64,000 nucleotides of DNA from Nitrospiraceae bacterium (GTDB lineage Bacteria > Nitrospirota > Nitrospiria > Nitrospirales > Nitrospiraceae), in NCBI GenBank assembly GCA_050246315.1, contig JBFWWG010000001.1, positions 384,001 through 448,000 of the forward strand, in the 5' to 3' direction. Made by a program: the position numbers and the translations under genes. The notes beneath the pieces are model-generated. The model did no database searches. It was not told the DNA's origin and saw only the letters and a program-made list of their open reading frames with translations. This document shows positions 18,176 to 30,482 of the stretch, piece by piece. Numbering within the stretch: the first letter of the stretch is position 1; each line of letters begins with the position of its first letter.

Positions 18176-19057
18176 TTAGGACAAGTGTCCCATCTTGCCC
18201 GCTCGATAATCGTTCATGGCCTGGACCAGCTCCGCCTGTGTATTCATGACGAACGGCCCATAGCGCGCGATCGGCTCATCGATCGGCTCTCCGCTCAGCA
18301 CCAAGATGGTCGCGTCCGATTTCGCCTCGAGCGTCACCCGCTCTCCATCCTGGCCGAACAGGACAATCTCGACTTCTCGCACGGATTGCGACCCGTTCAC
18401 CCGCACTTCTCCGTGCAGCACGAAAACCGCCGAGTTGAACCCTTCGGGCAGCGGCAGCTCGACCTGATGCCCTGCCGCAAGCCGCAGATCGTACAGGTGG
18501 ACCGGGCTGAACGTCTTGGCCGGTCCCGTGACGGCGCGGAATTCCCCGGCGATCACGCGCAACTGTCCGGCTTCTCCGCCGAGGTCCACCGAAGGAATGT
18601 CGTCGCTCATCAGCGTCTGATACCCCGGCTTCGACATCTTGAATGCCTTCGGCAGGTTCACCCAGAGCTGGATGCCCTCCAGCAGTCCGCCGCGCGTGGC
18701 AAACTCCTTGTCGTGCAATTCCTCATGCACGATGCCGGAGGCGGCGGTCATCCACTGCACGTCGCCCGGGCCGATAACACCCCCGCTTCCGGTCGAGTCA
18801 CGGTGCGCGACCTTCCCGTGATACATGATCGTGACCGTTTCGAAACCCCGGTGCGGATGTTCGCCCACGCCGAGCTGCCGGTCAGTCGGCGGAAAATGAT
18901 GCGGACCCATATAGTCCAACAGCAAAAATGGGGACAGTTGCTCCTCCACGCCGGCGCCCGGAATCATGTTGCGCACCGGGAAACCGTCCCCGACCATATG
19001 TCGGGACCCCGGTTGATAGACTCCCAGAATGTTCTTCTCCGCCGTCTTGATCGTCAT
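18176..19057 (-). CDS. Pirin-family protein
   Basis: PFLLLD, HPHRGFETVT, QWMTAASGIVHEE, GPFVMNT. Confidence 0.95.
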   Translation of the reverse strand: MTIKTAEKNILGVYQPGSRHMVGDGFPVRNMIPGAGVEEQLSPFLLLDYMGPHHFPPTDRQLGVGEHPHRGFETVTIMYHGKVAHRDSTGSGGVIGPGDVQWMTAASGIVHEELHDKEFATRGGLLEGIQLWVNLPKAFKMSKPGYQTLMSDDIPSVDLGGEAGQLRVIAGEFRAVTGPAKTFSPVHLYDLRLAAGHQVELPLPEGFNSAVFVLHGEVRVNGSQSVREVEIVLFGQDGERVTLEAKSDATILVLSGEPIDEPIARYGPFVMNTQAELVQAMNDYRAGKMGHLS

Positions 19058-19452
19058 GATGGCACCTCCGAAATCGACGCCTGCGCCGTTCGACTGAGGT
19101 CTACTGTTCGCTCGATCCGCTCCTTCATCCTTGCCTTCGGTAGGGCGCCCACAAACCGGTCCTTGATCTGTCCCTGATCGAACAGGATCAGGGTCGGAAT
19201 CGATTGAACGCCGAACTGCTGCGCCAGCTCAGGATTCTCGTCCACGTTCACCTTTGCCACCCTGACGGCGCCGTTCCATTCACGAGCCAGTTCGTCCAGA
19301 ATCGGCGCCACCATCCGGCAGGGTCCACACCAGACGGCCCAAAAATCCACCAACACGGGCACGGGCGAGCGGAGAACCTCCTGCTCAAACGTCGCACCGG
19401 TGACGGCTGTCGTTGCTGATGTCTCCATCCCTTTTCCCTGGTTCGCCCGCAT
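19054..19452 (-). CDS. trxA: Thioredoxin
   Basis: VDFWAVWCGPC, SIPTL; start uncertain (19452, 19428 or 19479). Confidence 0.92.
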   Translation of the reverse strand: MRANQGKGMETSATTAVTGATFEQEVLRSPVPVLVDFWAVWCGPCRMVAPILDELAREWNGAVRVAKVNVDENPELAQQFGVQSIPTLILFDQGQIKDRFVGALPKARMKERIERTVDLSRTAQASISEVPS

Positions 19453-19536
19453 GGGCACCTCCTCCATCCGCTCGTTCATCCTCCTGCTTCGGCGAGCCTC
19501 ACCTTGCTCCCGATTCTGACGATCGACGGGGGCCGA

Positions 19537-20397
19537 TTACGCCGTCATCTTCGAAAGTGCCTGCGAGAGCGTGACGACTCCGCGCACGACCGACTCGGGG
19601 TATTCATATCCGATTGATCCGTTTACGAACCCTCGATACAGTTCCTCAAAGAGCGCCGCGGCTTCGTCCGAGAACCCGAAGGACTTGAACGTCGGCACGA
19701 CTTCACTTAAAGGCGCGAGTTGGGTCGTCACCGGTCGTTTGAAGAGTTGACTTAACGCCGCCGCCACCTGTTCCGGGCTGTAAGCCTCAGGCCCGGACAA
19801 CTCCAGGACCTCACGACCGCGCGGACCGGCCATGAGCCGCTCTGCGGCGATGCGGCCGATGTCCTGAGTCGAGATCATCGGAATCTTCATGTCCGGCGGA
19901 ATGAACGTCGGCAGCAGACCCTGTGTCTTGGCGACATCGAGAACCGGCTCCCAGTTCTCGAAAAAATACGCCGGCCGCAGGAACGTGATGTTCTTCGCGA
20001 CCGCCCCGAGCTTCGCTTCCGCGTCTCGCTCCGCAAGGATCGGCCCCGTGCCTTCCGGCAACTGGGCTCCCTCCGAGGAGAGAAACACCACATGCGCGAT
20101 CCCACTCTCCTTCACGGCCTGCGCTACCAGGTCGAGGATGCGCCGCTGCTCCTCCAACCATGACACCGCGGCATAGTTTGGGGGCGCCAGCAGGTAGACA
20201 CCCTGGGCTCCCGCCAACGCCTTCATCATCGCGATGCGGTCCTGATACGAGGCGACCGCCACCTCCGCGCCCCTGGCTTTCCAGGAGGCGCCCTTTTCTG
20301 GAGCACGCACCACCACCCGGACCGACTGGCCTTGACTGAGCAGCGTCTCCGCTACCGTGGAGCCTGTATGCCCCGTTGGACCCAGGACCACGTACAT
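19537..20397 (-). CDS. NmrA-family NAD(P)H-binding protein
   Basis: VLGPTGHTG, VFLSS, LRPAYFFEN, ISTQDIG. Confidence 0.88.
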   Translation of the reverse strand: MYVVLGPTGHTGSTVAETLLSQGQSVRVVVRAPEKGASWKARGAEVAVASYQDRIAMMKALAGAQGVYLLAPPNYAAVSWLEEQRRILDLVAQAVKESGIAHVVFLSSEGAQLPEGTGPILAERDAEAKLGAVAKNITFLRPAYFFENWEPVLDVAKTQGLLPTFIPPDMKIPMISTQDIGRIAAERLMAGPRGREVLELSGPEAYSPEQVAAALSQLFKRPVTTQLAPLSEVVPTFKSFGFSDEAAALFEELYRGFVNGSIGYEYPESVVRGVVTLSQALSKMTA

Positions 20398-20510
20398 GAT
20401 GCGGCCTCCTTTTCGATGGCGCATTCCATGAGCCCGTCCATGGCGTTCAGCCTGACGGAGAACGCTCTCGCAATCAAGAGGCGATCCGAGGATGTGCTCA
20501 TGACCCCAGT

Positions 20511-20538
20511 ATAATAGTTCTAGTTAGAACAGAGTCAA
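20511..20538 (-). promoter_or_regulatory. Sigma70 promoter with a palindromic operator in the spacer
   Basis: TTGACT-N16-TATTAT; spacer holds GTTCTA-N2-TAGAAC (20517..20530). Confidence 0.65.
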
Positions 20539-20770
20539 GTGGGTCTGCCCGAGTATCGAGGATATTGATGAAGCGGAAAGATCGTCGGGTCGCACATGCC
20601 GGACTGTCTCGGGCCGCTGCGCCAATTCGACCAACTGATCTGAAGTGGCTATTCCTCCCCTCAGTCGTTCCGTCGGCCGATCGCGCGCTTGCGCAGGCGG
20701 CAAGCCTCCCCTACGATGCCGCCCCGGAAGCGCTCACGAAACTTTTGATTCTGACTCGGAGGATTGCCAG

Positions 20771-21407
20771 GTGACGTTGCGGAGAACGTGGGTGTGGTTG
20801 CTGCTCAGCGGAACGATCGGCTGCACCACGATGGCAACTGTGACGAACGTGCGCGACCAGCCTTGCCGGCAGTATTTCGCTGCGGACTTGTCCGAAATTC
20901 TGGTCGAGGAGGGAGAGGAGCCGGAGCGGGCTCAAACAATCGTCGATCATGCCGAGAAGATCGGCTCGGTCTTCGACTATGGACCTCGGCCTTTTTCGGT
21001 CAGCTCCCAGTCGGGGACCGACTATTCATTCTTCGTGGAGAAACCAGGCGAGGAGTGCCTCTTGCGACTCTAGCCCACATGATTCATGACGGTTCGTGAC
21101 GAAACCGACAAGACGCCACGCGTCGGACTCATTGCATGGAGAAGCGCAATGGGTACCCCCACGTGGAGCCCCGAGGGGGCGAAGCATACGTGAAACAGTA
21201 TGTTGAGACCATGAGGGGCGAGCCTGCCCGCCAGCATGCGTTCCAAACCGCATGCTGGCTCGTCGCAGCGGCGTATCGGCGGTTGCAGTAGAAGCGTTCA
21301 TGAATCATGTGGGCTAGGGAAGGCAGAAGGGCTTCACGCGCTATACGAACAACCTGACCTACATCCGCACGAAGAAACTCGCCGGCTGCCAATGCCGCAT
21401 AGAGTAG
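20771..21407 (+). pseudogene. Lipoprotein gene split by repeat element copy 2
   Basis: Lipobox-like ...SGTIGC; ORF ends at the element's left CTAG; joining the flanks gives an in-frame 29-codon continuation (21318..21407). Confidence 0.7.
21070..21317 (+). mobile_element. Structured non-coding repeat / MITE-like element, copy 2 (best preserved)
   Basis: Perfect 20-bp inverted ends CTAGCCCACATGATTCATGA / TCATGAATCATGTGGGCTAG. Confidence 0.9.
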
Positions 21408-21442
21408 ACCATGCGGGAAGGCCTTGGAATGAATCCAATTAT

Positions 21443-21471
21443 TTGACGAGTCGCTTCAGCAAGGTTAGACT
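21443..21471 (+). promoter_or_regulatory. Sigma70 promoter of the endonuclease gene
   Basis: TTGACG-N17-TAGACT, 32 bp upstream of ATG 21504. Confidence 0.55.
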
Positions 21472-21503
21472 GCTGCCCCGCGCGACCGCGAATTCGATCT
21501 CCC

Positions 21504-22112
21504 ATGCCTATCACCAGAAATCACGTAGATTCAGCACGGTTCAATCCAAAAGCCACATTACCGTTCGAACTCCGCCTCAAAGACTTTGAGATGGCCATGC
21601 AGGATGTGTACGACTTCTCTTACGACATCAATTGTGGCCTGGTGGACCGGGGCTTCTTGCGACTCGACGACCTGTTGCGTCCGGCAATCATGTCCGGACT
21701 CTTGTCCGACATGCTGACCGCCAGTCTCGGCAAACACTCACGAACTCTGACCACGAATCTCTATCATCATGGACATCCCGACTTGATCGTCAATGGCATC
21801 TATCCGGATAACAAGGTAAAGGCGGGAAGAGAAGGCGTCGAGGTGAAGACGACTCGGAAGTCGGGGGGCGCCGTTGATACACATGGAGCACGAGCTCAAT
21901 GGATGTGCGTCTATGTGTATGAAACGGACGGGATGACGCAGGCCGCCAGAGACCGCAAGCCGATGACGTTCACGGAGATCTATCGCGGAAAAGTTGACCT
22001 GAAGGATTTCAGGAAGAACCCCCGTGGCGAACTTGGAACCCGCACCGCAACCTTACATAGGCATGGAATTGAAAAACTGCGGAAGAACTGGGTTTACAAA
22101 TTGAGGGAATAG
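21504..22112 (+). CDS. Putative Type II restriction endonuclease (PD-(D/E)xK)
   Basis: HPDLI...GVEVK motif; convergent with and overlapping a DNA MTase. Confidence 0.72.
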   Translation: MPITRNHVDSARFNPKATLPFELRLKDFEMAMQDVYDFSYDINCGLVDRGFLRLDDLLRPAIMSGLLSDMLTASLGKHSRTLTTNLYHHGHPDLIVNGIYPDNKVKAGREGVEVKTTRKSGGAVDTHGARAQWMCVYVYETDGMTQAARDRKPMTFTEIYRGKVDLKDFRKNPRGELGTRTATLHRHGIEKLRKNWVYKLRE

Positions 22113-23263
22113 TGTGTTCCGTTCTTGAATCCCGCGAGCTTGGGCAAGGCCCGCCGTGCCATCTCAAAGTAATGAGGGTCTTTCTCGATTCCGATGCTCG
22201 GATAACCCACGGCTTCTGCAGCCGCTAGGGTTGATCCAGCTCCACAAAATGGATCGAGTACTGTTCCCTCTCCAAGCGGGAGTACGCCACGAACCACGAT
22301 CCGCAGAAACTGCTGGGGTTTGAGGCTGGGGTGCGGCGCCAGCATCCGTTCGGATTTATGGGTCGGCGCCGACGGGATCACGTCTCCAAACGGCCTGTCC
22401 TGGGAAGGTCTCCGAAATCCTCCTGTTCCCCACTTGCGAAGATTATCCTGCACACGACCTTCGAGCGGCCTTCGGAATAACAACCATGGTTCCCACATCG
22501 ATCGAGGCATGACGCTGACTCCTGAAAATTCCTCATGTGCCGCCTTCGGCCTGTCGCCACCGCGCATGGTCATCACAAGACGCACAATCTCCCCGCGCCT
22601 TTCGAGGCCGGCCTTCGCGAGCGCACCTGAAACTACATAGGAGAGCAGGGGATTTGAGGCGACTACCACATTGGCTCCCGGTACCAGCACCGGCATCAGC
22701 AATCGCGCCCATTCGTAAAAGAATCCTTCCAGCGCCAGAAGGTCTTGGTTAGACAGTACCGTAAAGCGTGGAAGCGGGGAACGGCGCGTTCCGTCAAATG
22801 AAGGAGGAATGCGCCAGACTCCTCCTTTTCCGCGCCGCAGCTTTTCCTGCTGCTCCGACGAATACTCACATAGGCCGTATGGAGGGTCAGTGACGACAGC
22901 ATGGACGCTATTCGGTGCTTGCGTCCGAAGCCAGGCTAGACAATCAGCTTCGAGCAGGTGGGCGCCCCCGTAAAAAAAACTGCGCCAATAGTCTGGCCGA
23001 GTCTCGGCAATCCGTTCTGTAGTCCTCTCATCTACAGTCGTCCGTAACCCATAGTGCCCCCTCGATGTACGGACAAACAAGGACGGTGTGTTGAGTCGCA
23101 AGTAGGAGCGGATACTGGAGGAGGCTGCGCTTCCAATCAAATCGGTGACTTGTCGTTCGATCTGATGAACAGAGGCGCCGTGGGTTGTCGCTGAAAGAAC
23201 CGAAATAATGGCGTCTCTGACTTCTCCCGGCCGTCGTTTCGCATTCGTCACCGACATAGACAT
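22094..23263 (-). CDS. Beta-class N4/N6 DNA methyltransferase with N-terminal winged-HTH
   Basis: VTDPPY precedes HPSLKP and LDPFCGAGST; ~75-aa N-terminal extension with a wHTH pattern (DAIISVL...SIRSYL...RGHYGL). Confidence 0.9.
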   Translation of the reverse strand: MSMSVTNAKRRPGEVRDAIISVLSATTHGASVHQIERQVTDLIGSAASSSIRSYLRLNTPSLFVRTSRGHYGLRTTVDERTTERIAETRPDYWRSFFYGGAHLLEADCLAWLRTQAPNSVHAVVTDPPYGLCEYSSEQQEKLRRGKGGVWRIPPSFDGTRRSPLPRFTVLSNQDLLALEGFFYEWARLLMPVLVPGANVVVASNPLLSYVVSGALAKAGLERRGEIVRLVMTMRGGDRPKAAHEEFSGVSVMPRSMWEPWLLFRRPLEGRVQDNLRKWGTGGFRRPSQDRPFGDVIPSAPTHKSERMLAPHPSLKPQQFLRIVVRGVLPLGEGTVLDPFCGAGSTLAAAEAVGYPSIGIEKDPHYFEMARRALPKLAGFKNGTHYSLNL

Positions 23264-23280
23264 GATAGGGTGCGACGAAG

Positions 23281-23308
23281 ACCATGACGTCTAGACGTCT
23301 TCTGTCAA
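23281..23308 (-). promoter_or_regulatory. MTase promoter containing the palindrome GACGTCTAGACGTC
   Basis: TTGACA (23308..23303)-N16-CATGGT; perfect 14-bp palindrome at 23286..23299. Confidence 0.55.
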
Positions 23309-23348
23309 AGTCAGCAAACGAGAAAAGTTTTGGTAGATCCCCCGCTGT

Positions 23349-23834
23349 TCACCGCCGCTCTTTCATCGCCCGTGCCACTTCGCGCCCGGCCTCGCGCGAC
23401 TTGATCGACTCCCGCCGGTCGTAATGTTTCTTCCCTTTGGCGAGGGCGATCTCCACCTTCGCCTGCCCGCGCTTGCTGAAATAGATCTTGAGCGGCACGA
23501 TGGTGAGGCCCTTCTGCTGGGTTCGGCCCATGAGCTTGTTGATTTCCTTCCGATGCAGCAACAACTTGCGGGAACGCGTCGGGTCATGGTTCATGATGTT
23601 GCCGTGGCTGTAGGGGCTGATGTGGCAGTTGTGCAGGAAGACTTCGCCGTCCTTGATCGCGGCGAAACTGTCTTGAAGATTCACCCGCCCTTCCCGGATC
23701 GATTTCACCTCCGTGCCGCGGAGCACGATGCCGGCCTCGAAAGTCTCTTCGACGGCGTAATCGTGATAGGCCTTGCGGTTGGTGGCGGCGATCTTGTATC
23801 GCTCGCTGTCCTTCTCTTTATCGCTCTTGGTCAT
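23349..23834 (-). CDS. smpB: SsrA-binding protein
   Basis: [36 protein letters not shown]. Confidence 0.98.
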   Translation of the reverse strand: MTKSDKEKDSERYKIAATNRKAYHDYAVEETFEAGIVLRGTEVKSIREGRVNLQDSFAAIKDGEVFLHNCHISPYSHGNIMNHDPTRSRKLLLHRKEINKLMGRTQQKGLTIVPLKIYFSKRGQAKVEIALAKGKKHYDRRESIKSREAGREVARAMKERR

Positions 23835-23873
23835 AGGAGCCGCACTCTACCATGCCCGGTCCGGGGTCGAAAG

Positions 23874-24152
23874 CTAGCCCATATTATTCATGACCGCTTC
23901 TACTGGAACCGCCGATACGCCGCTGCAACAAGGCTCCATGCGGCTTCTAGCGCATGGAGGCGCAGGCTCGCCGCTCGGCCCCGGGAAAGGGCGCATGCTG
24001 ATGCGCCGGGGCTGGGTGGGTGCGATCGAGGACATACTGTTTGGGGGACAGGCTCCGCGTGGGGGTACCCATTGCTCTTCTCCATGCAATGGGTCCGACG
24101 CGTGGCGTCTTGTCGGTTTCGTCACGAACCGTCATAAAAAATGTGGGGCAAG
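23874..24152 (-). mobile_element. Structured non-coding repeat / MITE-like element, copy 3 (inverted)
   Basis: CTAGCCCATATTATTCATGA at one end, degenerate other end; reverse complement closely matches copy 2 except for a replaced central block. Confidence 0.85.
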
Positions 24153-24191
24153 GTTGACCCGCCTACGGAGGCTGATTAAGATGCCCCCACG

Positions 24192-24689
24192 ATGGCACCT
24201 CCGAAGGGGTTTGATTCCTTCAGCACAATCCTCGACGCCGTGGCGGAACGCCTCGGCATCAGGGCGAAGCTTCTCGAACAGCGGCTCCGGCGCGATTGGG
24301 TGGAGATTGTCGGGGAGCAGGTGGCGGCCCATACGAGGCCTGAGCAGATCCGGTATCGGAAGCTGTCCGTCCTGGTCGACCATTCGGTCTGGATGCAGCA
24401 GCTCGCGTTCTTGAAGCCGGACCTCTTGCGGCAGATCCGGGTGTCGGTCGGAGAGGACCTCGTGCAGGACCTGCTCTTTCGCATCGGCGACCTCTCGCGC
24501 ATTCCATTGCTGGAGCCCGCTTCGACGTCGTCCCGCATCGACCCGGCCCCCGAGCCCTCTACGCAGCTCGTGCAGGAAGTCGCCAGCCGCACCGGCCGGA
24601 TCATGGACCCCGAGCTACGTGCCAGATTTACAGCGGTGATAGCGAAGGCGCTCGTGACGGCTCAGCCGACGCGGGAAGGGGATCGGTGA
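24192..24689 (+). CDS. dciA: DUF721 / DciA-family replicative helicase loader
   Basis: DWVEIVGEQVAAHTRP, VDHSVWMQQLAFLK; near the gyr/dna cluster. Confidence 0.8.
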   Translation: MAPPKGFDSFSTILDAVAERLGIRAKLLEQRLRRDWVEIVGEQVAAHTRPEQIRYRKLSVLVDHSVWMQQLAFLKPDLLRQIRVSVGEDLVQDLLFRIGDLSRIPLLEPASTSSRIDPAPEPSTQLVQEVASRTGRIMDPELRARFTAVIAKALVTAQPTREGDR

Positions 24690-25278
24690 CAGCCCCCTTG
24701 AACAGTTCGCGCGAGTAGGCTGCCGTCGCGGCATTGCCGCCGTCCTTCACCAGCGGGCCGATGCGGCCCTCTTCCTGATCTCCCCGCAGCGAGTAGTATC
24801 CCCGCATCGCATTCTCAAACGACTTGCGAAAGTCCAGTTCCGCCGGCTCCGTGGAATCCGCCGCGGCCAAATAGCGGTGGAGCATCTGCGGCTCCGCCCA
24901 GGCATCATGTGGAAAGATGTACAGCGTGATGGCCTGATAACGGCCCTTGGGATCATTCGGCGTCGTCGGCTGGATCTTCATGGCGCCGAAGTTCTTGGTC
25001 TCGTGCGCGACCTTGCGAAACCGCCGGATCAAGGTTTCGATTTCCGGATCACTCGTCCAGGGCGGTACATGCACAGCCACCGCCGCCCCTTCCTGGGAGC
25101 CGATGCTGTAAGGCGGGATACTCCGGTCGGGCCGGCTCAGGTACATGCCGCCCCAGATCAGGAGGAATGACCCGACGAAGACGCTCAGGCCCAGCTTCAC
25201 GACCGTGTCGAGCCGGGACCACCACCCGAACGGCCAGGTCGATGGAGAAACATGGCGACGGGGAGCCGGCTGGGTCAT
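24628..25278 (-). CDS. Membrane-anchored hypothetical protein
   Basis: One N-terminal hydrophobic helix, then a globular region; follows gyrA; start uncertain (ORF open to 25305). Confidence 0.65.
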   Translation of the reverse strand: MTQPAPRRHVSPSTWPFGWWSRLDTVVKLGLSVFVGSFLLIWGGMYLSRPDRSIPPYSIGSQEGAAVAVHVPPWTSDPEIETLIRRFRKVAHETKNFGAMKIQPTTPNDPKGRYQAITLYIFPHDAWAEPQMLHRYLAAADSTEPAELDFRKSFENAMRGYYSLRGDQEEGRIGPLVKDGGNAATAAYSRELFKGAVTDPLPASAEPSRAPSLSPL

Positions 25279-25324
25279 TGGGATGGACCGAGACTGGTGG
25301 GGCAATCTGTCTCAATGGAGCGGA

Positions 25325-27799
25325 TCAGGCGTTGCCGCCGGCATCCTCGCTCTCTTCCTCGCGATCGACGACCTCGGCCAGCCGCGCGACGCTGGCGACG
25401 CGGTCATCACTCCCTTCCAAATCCAGGAGGCGCACGCCCTGCGTGTTCCGGCCGATTTCTCGAATGTCGTCCACCTTGCAGCGCAGGACCTTTCCATGCG
25501 CCGTCATCACCATCACCTCGTCGCCGTCTCGCACCTGGAGAAAGCCGACGGCTAAGCCGTTGCGCTCGGTCGTTTTGATACTGATGATGCCCTTGCCACC
25601 GCGGCCTTGGATGCGATACTCCGTCACCGGCGTCCGCTTCCCATACCCGCCTTCCGTGACGGTCATGATCGCGGTGGTGGAATCCGGCGTGATCGTCTCC
25701 ATGCCGATCACTTCGTCGCCTTCCTCCAGCGTGATGCCCTTGACCCCGTAGGCCGTGCGGCCCATCGGGCGGGCCTCCTCTTCCTTGAATCGAATCGTGA
25801 TGCCCCGGCGCGTGCCGATCAGGATCTCGCGCTGCCCATCGGTGATGTCCACCGCGATCAGCCGATCGCCCTTCTCCAACCCCAGCGCGATGATACCGCC
25901 TTGGCGCGGGTTGCTGAAGGCCGACAGCTCCGTCTTTTTGACGATACCTTGCTTGGTGGCCATCACGACGAACCGGTCATCCCGGAAGTCCTTCACGGCC
26001 ACCGTCGCCGTCACCTTCTCGTCGGAGGCGAGCGCAAGCAGGTTGACCAGTGCCTTGCCCTTGGCGGCCCGGCTGGCTTCCGGGACCTCGTGCACCTTGA
26101 GCCAATAGACCTTGCCCGCGTCCGTGAAGAACAGGAGGTATTCGTGGGTCGAGGCGGTGAACAATGTTTCGACGAAGTCCTCTTCCTTCACCCCCATCCC
26201 GATCTTGCCTTTGCCGCCGCGACGCTGCGCTCGATAGAGCGAGACCGCGTTGCGTTTGATGTAGCCGGCGTGCGTAATCGTCACGGCCACTTCCTCTTCC
26301 GCGATCAAGTCCTCGACATTGATTTCGGCGGCCTCCGCCACGATCTGCGTGCGCCGCTGATCCTGATATTCCTCTTTGAGCTCGGTCAATTCGTCCTTGA
26401 TGATCTTCCGGACCAGCGCCTCGCTGGCCAACACGGATTTCAGGTACTCGATACGCTTGAGCGTCTCGGTGTACTCTTCGATGAGCTTGTCCCGCTCCAA
26501 CTGCGTGAGCCGCTGCAGGCGCATCTCCAGGATCGCCGTGGCTTGGATCTCCGAGAGGCTGAAGCTCCGCATCAATCCCCCGCGGGCCTCGTCCGGCGAG
26601 GCGGCCCGGCGGATCAACGTGATGACCGCATCCAGATGGTCCAACGCGATTTTGAGCCCTTCCAGAATGTGCGCCCGCTCCTCCGCCTTCCGCAACTCGT
26701 AGGTCGTGCGCCGCACGACGACTTCGCGCCGATGTTCGACGAAGTGTTCGAGGATCTGCTTGAGATTGAGAACCTCGGGACGATTCCGCACCAGCGCGAG
26801 CATGATCACGCCGAACGTGGTCTGCATCTGCGTGTGTTTATAGAGGTTGTTCAGCACGACCAGCGGGATCTCGTTGCGCTTCAGTTCGATCACGATCCGA
26901 TAGCCATCGCGGTCCGATTCGTCGCGCAGGTCCGAAATGCCCTCGATCCGCTTCTCCTGGATCAGCTCCGCGATCTTTTCGATGAGCTTGGCCTTGTTGA
27001 CCTGAAAAGGAATTTCCGTGACGATGATGCGCTCCCGTTCGGTCCGTTCGTCCGTCTCGATGACGGCCTTGGCCCGCAAGGTCAGCAGGCCGCGGCCCGT
27101 GTGGTAGGCGTCCTTGATTCCCTGCTTGCCGTAAATGAAGCCGGCGGTGGGGAAATCCGGCCCGGGGATTTTCTTCATCAACTGGTCGATGGTGATCGTG
27201 GGGTCCTCCAGCAGCACCAGCAGGCCGTCGATGACCTCCCTCAGATTGTGCGTCGGGATATTCGTCGCGTAGCCGACTGCGATGCCGCCCGCGCCGTTGA
27301 TAAGTAGGTTCGGCATCTTCGCCGGCAGAACCTTCGGCTCCACGCGCGATTCATCGTAGTTGGGACTGAAATCGACCGTTTCCTTGTCGATATCGACCAG
27401 CATCTCCTCGGCCAGCTTCGTGAGGCGCGCCTCTGTGTACCGCATGGCAGCCGGCGGATCGCCGTCCACCGAGCCGTAGTTGCCCTGCCCGTCCACCAGC
27501 GTGTAGCGCATGTTGAAATCCTGCGCCATCCGGACGAGCGTGTCGTAAATCGCCGCGTCGCCGTGCGGGTGATAGTTCCCCATGATCTCGCCGACGATCT
27601 TGGCGGATTTTCGGTAGGGCCGATTGTGCGCGAGCCCCATCTCGTTCATGCCGAACAGGATGCGGCGGTGCACCGGCTTGAGGCCGTCCCGGACATCGGG
27701 CAGGGCGCGGCCGACGATCACGCTCATGGCGTAATCGAGATAGGACGAGCGCATCTCGTCTTCGATGTTGATCTGGCCTAGGCGCTCATCAATCGGCAT
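25325..27799 (-). CDS. gyrA: DNA gyrase subunit A
   Basis: [13 protein letters not shown], GyrA-box QRRGGKG. Confidence 0.99.
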   Translation of the reverse strand: MPIDERLGQINIEDEMRSSYLDYAMSVIVGRALPDVRDGLKPVHRRILFGMNEMGLAHNRPYRKSAKIVGEIMGNYHPHGDAAIYDTLVRMAQDFNMRYTLVDGQGNYGSVDGDPPAAMRYTEARLTKLAEEMLVDIDKETVDFSPNYDESRVEPKVLPAKMPNLLINGAGGIAVGYATNIPTHNLREVIDGLLVLLEDPTITIDQLMKKIPGPDFPTAGFIYGKQGIKDAYHTGRGLLTLRAKAVIETDERTERERIIVTEIPFQVNKAKLIEKIAELIQEKRIEGISDLRDESDRDGYRIVIELKRNEIPLVVLNNLYKHTQMQTTFGVIMLALVRNRPEVLNLKQILEHFVEHRREVVVRRTTYELRKAEERAHILEGLKIALDHLDAVITLIRRAASPDEARGGLMRSFSLSEIQATAILEMRLQRLTQLERDKLIEEYTETLKRIEYLKSVLASEALVRKIIKDELTELKEEYQDQRRTQIVAEAAEINVEDLIAEEEVAVTITHAGYIKRNAVSLYRAQRRGGKGKIGMGVKEEDFVETLFTASTHEYLLFFTDAGKVYWLKVHEVPEASRAAKGKALVNLLALASDEKVTATVAVKDFRDDRFVVMATKQGIVKKTELSAFSNPRQGGIIALGLEKGDRLIAVDITDGQREILIGTRRGITIRFKEEEARPMGRTAYGVKGITLEEGDEVIGMETITPDSTTAIMTVTEGGYGKRTPVTEYRIQGRGGKGIISIKTTERNGLAVGFLQVRDGDEVMVMTAHGKVLRCKVDDIREIGRNTQGVRLLDLEGSDDRVASVARLAEVVDREEESEDAGGNA

Positions 27800-27813
27800 T
27801 CCGACTCCTCGCT

Positions 27814-27895
27814 AGACGTCAATCGTCATCCGTCAACCGTGAAACCTTTCCGGTTCCGTGCCCGTTTGACGAATGACTGTTGACGACTGACGTCT
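27814..27895. repeat. Inverted array of 7-bp tandem repeats (CGTCAWY / TGACG)
   Basis: cgtcaat cgtcatc cgtcaac cgtgaaa ... tttgacg aatgact gttgacg actgacg. Confidence 0.8.
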
Positions 27896-27897
27896 TC

Positions 27898-30482
<2,585 letters not shown>

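Noticed and set aside
17537..19177. Long antisense ORFs (also 25607..27307, 45263..46633, 48309..49832, 51821..53038)
   Set aside because: Shadows of well-supported genes on the opposite strand in GC-rich DNA; no motifs
23264..23348. tmRNA (ssrA) or an att site downstream of smpB
   Set aside because: The gap is only 85 bp with no tRNA-like ends
21070..24152. Composite transposon formed by element copies 2 and 3 around the R-M genes
   Set aside because: The interval includes the core gene smpB, the copies differ internally, and copy 2 has matched flanks within one gene, so the insertions look independent
27814..27895. CRISPR array
   Set aside because: 7-bp degenerate units without spacers, and no cas genes in the window
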